This document shows positions 51,262 through 60,200 of a DNA stretch of 64,000 nt, piece after piece. Position 1 is the stretch's first letter. Each line of letters opens with the position of its first letter. This stretch comes from Macrostomum hystrix. Taxonomy: Eukaryota > Animalia > Platyhelminthes. Below the pieces are notes generated by a model. It saw only the letters and a program-made list of their open reading frames with translations. It made no database searches and was not told the origin of the DNA. The position numbers and the translations under genes were made by a program. The stretch lies in assembly GCA_950097015.1 (NCBI GenBank), contig CATNEN010000025.1:2232001-2296000 (forward strand). The letters are read 5' to 3'.

Positions 51262-54200
51262 CTGAGAGTCGAGTCGATTGGTAAGCCGGTGAATAGTTTG
51301 CAGGTGGAATTGGACGATTAAAGCGCCAATGAAGGATTTTATTTAATTTATACTTTATTAAAATTAAAAAAATATATTTTCGAAGAATTGGGTAATATCA
51401 GCCTGATGGATTGGGTAATGAGCCTGAAGGATTGGGTAATATCAGCCTGAAGGATTGGGTAATATCAGCCTGAAGGATTGGGTAATATCAGCCTGAAGGA
51501 TTGGGTAATATCAGCCTGAAGGATTGGGTAATATCAGCCTGAAGGATTGGGTAATATCAGCCTGAAGGATTGGGTAATATCAGCCTGAAGGATTGGGTAA
51601 TATCAGCCTGAAGGATTGGGTAATATCAGCCTGAAGGATTGGGTAATTAGCACTAGGAGTCAAAATGTGAGCTAGGAAGGTCAAAGAGTGCGGATGAAGG
51701 ACTTGGACCATAGCATCAGTGAATCAGCTAAACAGGAAACTCAGAAAATCGGTTCTAAAGACTGCGTCCTTAAAAGGACAGGTTGAAAGTACACAACACT
51801 CACCTTTTGCACCTTCGATACTGCGTATCGCGAGAACACACCCCCGCAGTTGTCCCGATGCTCCCTGTAGGTGCTCTGCATCTGCTCCTCCACGGACTGG
51901 AACTCTGGATCGCTGTCTGCCAGATCAATGAGGATGGTAGCGTTCGCGGCACCCGGAGGGAAGACACCGCCGCTGGGAGCCATGGAGGGCGCGCCGACGC
52001 CGCCCAGATGACCCGATAGGCCACCAGGGTGGAAGCCGCCGCTGGCATGATAGCCGACTCCGCCACCAGTCACCGCCGCCGAGCCGTCCAGGTAGCCTCT
52101 GGCCAGCAGGTCGACTCCGGCTGGCGGACAGGCCGATCGCAGCCTCTCGATGCCCTTCAGAATGCGATGCCGATGCCCGAAGGCTGACACGCCAATCTCT
52201 TTGAGATCTTCGTGACCCATTTCAACTAGAACGTCGATGCCAATCTTTTCCTGCTCAAATGTGTCCACAAGCTCGTCCAGGTGGAGACTGCGCAGGAAAT
52301 TGCACACGCTCAACGGGCCGAGGTCGGGTGGACCGCCGGCGCCTCCGCCGTTAGCGCCGCCGCTGACGGCGTGCTGATGCAGCGGCACCGGGCTGGGACT
52401 TGCCGGTGCGTCCATCAGCAGCCCGGCTGCACCGTCGGCCATGGACAGCGCGGCCGCAGACGCTCCGCAGACAGGCGGCGGCTTCGGCACAGACAGCGGC
52501 GGGCTGTGCAAAGGCATTGCGTCCATCAGCAGCGCCCGAGCGTCGTCGGCGGAGCAGAGATCTAGGGCCGTCTGGCCTTCGTGATTGCGCAGGCAAACAT
52601 TGGCACCGTGGGCGAGAAGGAGGGCGCACACCTGCGAAATGACAAATTACAATGACCTAACAAGCATGACAATGACCTACCAAACATGACAATGACCTAC
52701 CAAACATGACAATGACCTACCAAACATGACAATGACCTACCAAACATGACAATGACCTACCAGGCATAACAATGACCTACCAAACATGACAATGACCTAC
52801 CAAACATGACAATGACCTATCAAACATAACAATGACCTACCAAACATGACAATGACCTTCCAAACATGACAATGACCTATCAAACATCACAATGACCTAC
52901 CAAACAGGGCAATGAACTACAGGGCGCAATGACCTAGATGACAACGACCTACAGGGCAATGAACTAGATGACAACGACCTACAGGGCAATGACCTTTATG
53001 GCAATGACCTAGAGGTGTGCGAGTCCAAACCTGAGTGCGACCCTTCTGGGCGGCCTCGTGCAGCGGACTGTAGCCCCACTTGTCCACAGCGTTGACATCG
53101 CCGCCGTGCCTAACTAGCAGGGCGGCAATGTCCACGTGGCCGTAGGAGCTGGCATTGTGCAGAGGTATTAGGCCGCCCCGATCCTGAGCGTTGACCTCGG
53201 CGCCCTGGGAGAGGAGATACTCGGCCACTTCGTAATTATTATAGCCAGCAGACAGGTGCAGCGGAGTAGAATTCCTGCCGGCCGTGTCTCGGCAGGAGAT
53301 GTTCTCAGGCGATACAAGGCGCTGCACCTTGGCCAGGTTGCCCTTCTTGGCGGCCTCCAGTAGGGCCTGATCTCCCCGCAGCAGATCGTAGATATCCGAC
53401 TCGGTGTCCTTCACCAGGTCGATCGGGGCGCAGCCGTCTCGATTCTTCTTAGCGGCATCGGCGCCATGTCTGAGCAGCAGTTTGCAGATTTCAAATTTTC
53501 CTTTAGCCGCAGCCTCGTGCAGCGGCGTGAACTTCCACAGGTCGGTGACGTTGACGCTGGCACCGCTGTGCAGTAGCAGTTCGGCAACTTTGGCGTGACC
53601 GTAGCTGCAGGCATTGTGCAATGGCACCAGGCCGCCTTTGTCCTTGGCGTGTACATCTGCTCCGTGCTGCAGCAGGAATTCAACAACAGACAGGCGATTG
53701 TAGCCGGCTGCGAAGTGCAGCGGTGTCGAGTGCCGGCCGTCCAAATCGCGGCAGTTGACGGCCTCCGGGTGGGCGCGAACCAGGCGAGTGACCAGGTCCA
53801 GGTCTCCGGATTTGGCAGCTTCCAACAGCTGCAAGTCGACTTGGTTGCGCGTCTCTGGCACCGGAGCCAGTGGCGGCGGGGGCGGAGGCGGAGCAGGCGG
53901 CGGCGGCGGTGGAGAAGCAGCCGACGGTTGCTGTTGAACTGTGGTCGTAGTGGTGACAACACCCAGAGCTGGCGGAGTGGCGGCCGCTACAGCCGTTGCC
54001 ACAGACGACTGCGGCGGGGAGCAGGCAGCGGAGGCGGACAAAGTTGGCCTGCAAGCCTCCTGGGCTAGCAGAGCCGCCAGGCCGGGCTCGGCGGCCACAG
54101 CGTCGGCGGTGCGGCCGTCCAAGGAGTGTACAGTCGGATCGGCGCCGTAAGCCAGCAACAGCCGGCAGGCGGCGGTCTGGCCAGCCCTGGCCGCCGCGTG

Positions 54201-57200
54201 CAACGGAGTGCAGCCAGATCTATCCGGCGAGTTGGGCTTGGCGCCGTGTTTCAGCAGCAGTTCCAGGAGGTCCATGTGGCCACGGCTGGCGGCTGCGTGC
54301 AGCGGCGTCTGTAGTTGGCGATTCTTGTCGCCAGGTTGGCAGCCTTTGCGCAGCAGGCTCTCCCCGATGTGGCGCCTTTTTCCGCCGGCCGGGTTGGCGC
54401 AGGCGGCGCAGGCGTGCAGCAGCGAGTCGCCGCTGACCGGATGCCGGTAGGGCACCAGTTCGGGTGTCAACAGCTTTTTTACCTGGGCCATTTTAAACAA
54501 GATATTTCATGTTTTACTACTTCACGATAGCTCCGAAACCGAATGACCGATTCTCGTGAAAGCCCACCATATAAATCAAAATTTTCCGCACTTTACGATG
54601 AACTAACTATCAAAGCCGTCCGACGTCAGCATCGTCGAGATATTCAGCGACTCTTGTCGAAGACCCTGATGACATGGACAACTAACATTGCTCTGAATAA
54701 ACCTCTATAGCGAATCCATATTGGTTCAGAAATGAAGAAATGAACCATTTAGGCAATCCATTTTTTGCCACCAGACACACCGACAACACATCGTTGAATG
54801 TCTCGACGATGCCAATGTTTTGTGATTCTGGAAGTTGTTTCATCGGATAGAGCGGAATTTTCTTGCCTAGATTCTCGTGGCGATTGGTTGAATATTTTGG
54901 GAGATGCGGGAGAAAGAAAAATGTGGGCATCTACCGTTAAAGAATTACCTTCTCGCATGATGTCTCGAAATGGAAAATGTTATTTTAAATTTCATTTCCT
55001 TTCCCAGGTCTAAAAAGCGACCTATTTATGTGTGCGTGCATTTTCTGCCCAGAATAATGTCAGTGAGTTGATGAAGCTAGGCAGCTACAATAGGGCAAAC
55101 TAATAAATCTATCTAGAAATTACCATAGCCACACATAATTAGATCAATAGAAATGAAACCTAGCCTAATTGGGCCAGACGTACTGTTACTGGCTTATCCT
55201 AAGGCTGCGTACAGCTGTTCAGTCCGTGGACCTGGGGGCCGGTCACATATTGTCTACTTTTGGCTGCGATTCGAACCAACGACCTCTGAGTCAGACTTCG
55301 GAAGCAGTAACCACTAGCTTATGGGGGTAAGTGGCAGAGAAGTTAACGCGTCTGCCTCTCGCACCAAGGTCCCTGAGCTCGATTCCGCGGCGAGGCCACA
55401 TTAAATAGGGGCGCAGCCGCGGAGAGAAGGCTTGGGGGCTTGTCGTGCACACTGCCTGACGATGAGAAAGTCAGGGCTAATTTACGCACCTGTGTGAGCG
55501 TGTGCGCTCAGGAGTCAGCGAAATGGGCAGAATTGCCTCCTGGCTGGCTGCGGGTCAACTGTCACCGAATGATGTGCCATTGCCCACAGCCCTCCTGCTA
55601 TTAATATTATGATTAACATGATTAATATTGTTATTATTACCCAGTAGTCTACAAGCTCAATGTTACAGACGGAACGAAACATTCACCTGTAATTAAAAAA
55701 ACGGCGGGATCATTGTGAGATACTCCCAAAGCAACTCACAGAGGCTGAGTCGGCGCTGAGCACAGCATTGTACAGACAGCAGCCCTTGTAGTCGCGCAGC
55801 AGTCTCTCACGCAGGTCCGGGGTAGGCGCCAGATCCGCTGGCGACTTGCCGTGACAATTCACGTGGAATGGATCGGCCGTATTGGCTAATAGAAGGGCGC
55901 ACACCTCCGCGCGACCCTTGCTAGCGGCCTCGTGCAGCGGAGTGAACTGCCACAGGTCGACTGCGTGCACACTGGCGCCGGCCTGCAGCAGCAGCTCAGC
56001 CACTTCGTAGTGACCGTAGCTGCAGGCATTGTGCAATGGCACCAGGCCGCCTTTGTCCTTGGCATGCACATTGGCTCCGTGTTGCAGCAGTAAGCGAATA
56101 ATCTTGGTTCGATTGTAGCCGGCGGCCAGGTGCAAAGGCGACGATTTTCTACCGTCGCCGGCGTGACAATTCACGTTGAGCGGGGTCAGGTACAGGCGCA
56201 TGATCTCCTCGTTGCCGCTGCGGGAGGCTTCCAGGATCTCCTCCTTGCGGTATTCGCCTGGAGTCGGGGTGATGAGAGGGGAGTCACGCTAGGTTTGAGA
56301 TTCATTGTTTAGACACCTGAGACTGGGCTGTGGCTCACACCTGAGACTGGGCTGTGGCTCACACCTGAGACTGGCTGTGGCTCACACCTGAGACTGGCTG
56401 TGGCTCACACACCTGAGACTGGGCTGTGGCTCACACACCTGAGACTGGGCTGTGGCTCACACACCTGAGACTGGGCTGTGGCTCACACACCTGAGACTGG
56501 GCTGTGGCTCACACACCTGAGACTGGGCTGTGGCTCACACACCTGAGACTGGGCTGTGGCTCACACACCTGAGACTGGGCTGTGGCTCACACACCTGAGA
56601 CTGGGCTGTGGCTCACACACCTGAGACTGGGCTGTGGCTCACACACCTGAGACTGGGCTGTGGCTCACACACCTGAGACTGGGCTGTGGCTCACACACCT
56701 GAGACTGGGCTGTGGCTCACACACCTCAGACTGGGCTGTGGCTCACATCTGAGACTGGCTGTGGCTCACACACCTGAGACTGGCTGTGGCTCACACACCT
56801 GAGACTGGCTGTGGCTCACACACCTGAGACTGGCTGTGGCTCACACACCTGAGACTGGGCTGTGGCTCACAAACCTTAGACTGGGCTGTGGCTCACACAC
56901 CTGAGACTGGGCTGTGGCTCACACCTGAGACTGGACTGTGGCTCACACACCTGAGACTGGACTGTGGCTCACACACCTGAGACTGGGCTGTGGCTCACAC
57001 CTGAGACTGGGCTGTGGCTCACACCTGAGACTGGGCTGTGGCTCACACCTGAGACTGGGCTGTGGCTCACACACCTGAGACTGGGCTGTGGCTCACACCT
57101 GAGACTGGACTGTGGCTCACACACCTGAGACTGGGCTGTGGCTCACACCTGAGACTGGGCTGTGGCTCACACATGAGACTGGGCTGTGGCTCACACATGA

Positions 57201-60200
57201 GACTGGGCTGTGGCTCACACCTGAGACTGGGCTGTGGCTCACACATGAGACTGGGCTGTGGCTCACACATGAGACTGGGCTGTGGCTCACACCTGAGACT
57301 GGGCTGTGGCTCACACATGAGACTGGGCTGTGGCTCACACATGAGACTGGGCTGTGGCTCACACCTGAGACTGGGCTGTGGCTCACACCTGAGACTGGAC
57401 TGTGGCTCATACCTGAGACTGGGCTGTGGCTCACACACCTGAGACTGGACTGTGGCTCACACACCTGAGACTGGACTGTGGCTCACACCTGAGACTGGGC
57501 TGTGGCCTTTAGTCGGACAGTTAAAGTCTTTACCAATTGAAAGTGATAGCAATGATAATTAGAAATCTACCTCGTAGGACGCAATAGCTACCGAAAATCT
57601 CATTCCAAAGCAGACAGCTTGGAATAAAGAAACTAAAATACAGGCTTGCTAGTGAAACCTGATATCTTTATACAACAGCTGATACACCCCAGCTAAAAAG
57701 GTGCAAAAACCCAAAAACGAGTAGGAAGAATATCTTTTGCTGCATCCTAACACAAAAATCCCATTTAGATGAAAGCGCGGATGGCGACAGACAATATCAC
57801 TGATTCCTTCGAAGAGAAGCCACACAAAGAAGACAGGGCTCAGAATCAATGGAAATCTGGCATCATCTGTTTAAAAAAGTATGTTCCTTCTCTCATACTT
57901 CATATGCTAGGAAGCACTTTCTCTCTCTCGATCCCAGCTCCCTACTCGTCGAAGCCTTCGTCCAGACAGGCCGGGAGGAGAAACTGGGAAAGTTCAAGCT
58001 TGACGGCCAGATACGCTGTCTGGCTGTCTGGCCAATAAAAAAATTGCATTTGCATTTCAGTTCTAATTGAAGCCCGCCGGACAGAGAGATGCTCAATCAA
58101 GTGGGTACTCAAATTCTGCTCCGCTAGGAGTGTGGCGATTCACAAAGTGGACTGGCTGAGCTCACAAATCAGGGATCTAGAAGCCTAATTTGACTTCGCT
58201 GTGAACAGATCTATCATCTTGCTAGACTAGATGAAATAGGACGACAGGATCTATCTATTCTAAAAATATAACTCGCATGTAAATATACATAGGCCCGAGT
58301 GAAAGGAAAAAACTCAGAGCGAGACAGGCAGGGAAATTTAGGGCAAGATTTTCCCAAGTGGGGTAAAAAAAGAGTGTAGCACTTGTGCTCGGCGTTGGCT
58401 CCGATTGCCCGCAGATGTGAGGATAGAAGGGGAAGCGAGGGATGAGGGAGAGAGTTTGAGAAGCGCAGAAGCAAGAAGGGATTAGATAGGCGAGGCCAAG
58501 TTTGACCGAGGGGTTTCCCTTGAGAATGTGTGGGAGTGGGATTATTAAAGGCCAAAGAACACTCGACATAGTACACACCACACCAAGGCGAGGGGAGAGG
58601 AGAAATCGAGAGAGGCAGAGTCGGCGCGTAGACAAGCGATGCGCAAACTTGGCTAAAAAAACACTAAAAAACTTGCATCGGCAAATTTCCCTATCGTTGA
58701 AGAATTAAGAAGGCTGCCTTTCTGCCGTCAACAAAGGGGAGCAAAAGCGATGAGGGAGCAAGCCAGGGGTGGGTAGGCGAGACTTGTGGACAAGAAAACC
58801 GGTCCGCAACCACACCCCTCCAGTGTCGATTGGATTGATGACGCTGTCGATGCTGGCAATTGGGAATCGAGAAAATGTGGACAGGACCCTTGGTGGTTGG
58901 GTGGGGGGGCGGCTGGCAGCGACAGGGAGAGAGAATGGGCAGGGAACTGAGGCTGGAGCAGCAGTGGCGCTATTGGATTTACCCAAGAGACCCCCTTCGC
59001 CTTCATCCTCACTGAGTCGGACTCCTTGAGCTGCTGCCTCTCGGCGATGGCCGGGAGGGGGTTAGCCCGCCCCCACTTGTGCACTCAATGGAATCAAAGG
59101 AGGGAGAAAAAAGAGAGACGCAAATAGACGGGTAGATTGGGAGGGAGAGAGTTAAGGGAAACCAGGACGGAGCAGTAAGGGGGCGGGAGGCAAGAAAGAG
59201 AGAGGTGGTGACGCGGAGACACGGATATAATAGGGCCGGTCTGCAGCCGACTATTTCTGATTCGTCTCGTGAGTTTGGCCCCAACTGAAATTATTTATCA
59301 ACCATAGAGGGCTATACTAAGAAGAACAATGGGCCAACAGATGAGCGGCGAAGCCTACTGCCGGGCCACCATTGAGAAACTGCTGGCCGAGTTAAATACC
59401 ACTGACAGTCGGGTAAGCGAGAGTCGCGTTACGTCGGATAGCGGCGATTCGGCCGCCGTCTCAGTGGACTTCACTTGGCGGGAATGGGCCAGAGTGAGCA
59501 AATACCTGGAGCGAGTGCTGCCTGGCGCAGAGCAGAAGCGATTACTCAATCACGTGCTGCTCGACCGGACCGGGCTAAGGCACTGCCGGCAGGAGGCGTC
59601 GACGGAGGACGAATTTACCATTGACGCTTCAACGGCGACAGTCGGCAACGGGCACGCCGGCGAGACCAAGCCCGGCTGGACGGTGCACGTCAACTATGGT
59701 GACGACGACAGCAAGAATCCCATTCTGTATAGGGATTTCGTGAAGCTGCACTTTCAACTAGCCGAGGTCGCGCTACCAAACAATGGTAATAAAGGCGACG
59801 GTGAAGGCGAGGCCAGCGAAGGCGACATTGTAGCCGAACGTCTGGCCGACCTAGTGAAGCGTCGCTGCGGCAGCATCGGCATCAACCTGCTGGTGACTAA
59901 GGCTAAGCATCACTCTAGCGAGTCGTGCGTAGTTGTCAGCGGCACAGTCGACGTCCGCTCCGTATTGCGCAACGCCCAACAGCTCGAGCTGCACAGCTGG
60001 CTGAATCCGGCCAAAGCCGAAGATCAGGAACTGTCAGATCATCTGATGCGCTCCGCTGCCGGACTGCGCGATCGAATCGACGGCGCTGCCACAGCCGCTG
60101 CGGCCGCTGCGGCGGCTGCTGCTACAGCGAAGCCTGCGCCGATGCCGTCGCAGCCGCAGCCAGCAGCCTCGTCCGCTTCAGCTGCTGCAGCCGCTGCGGC

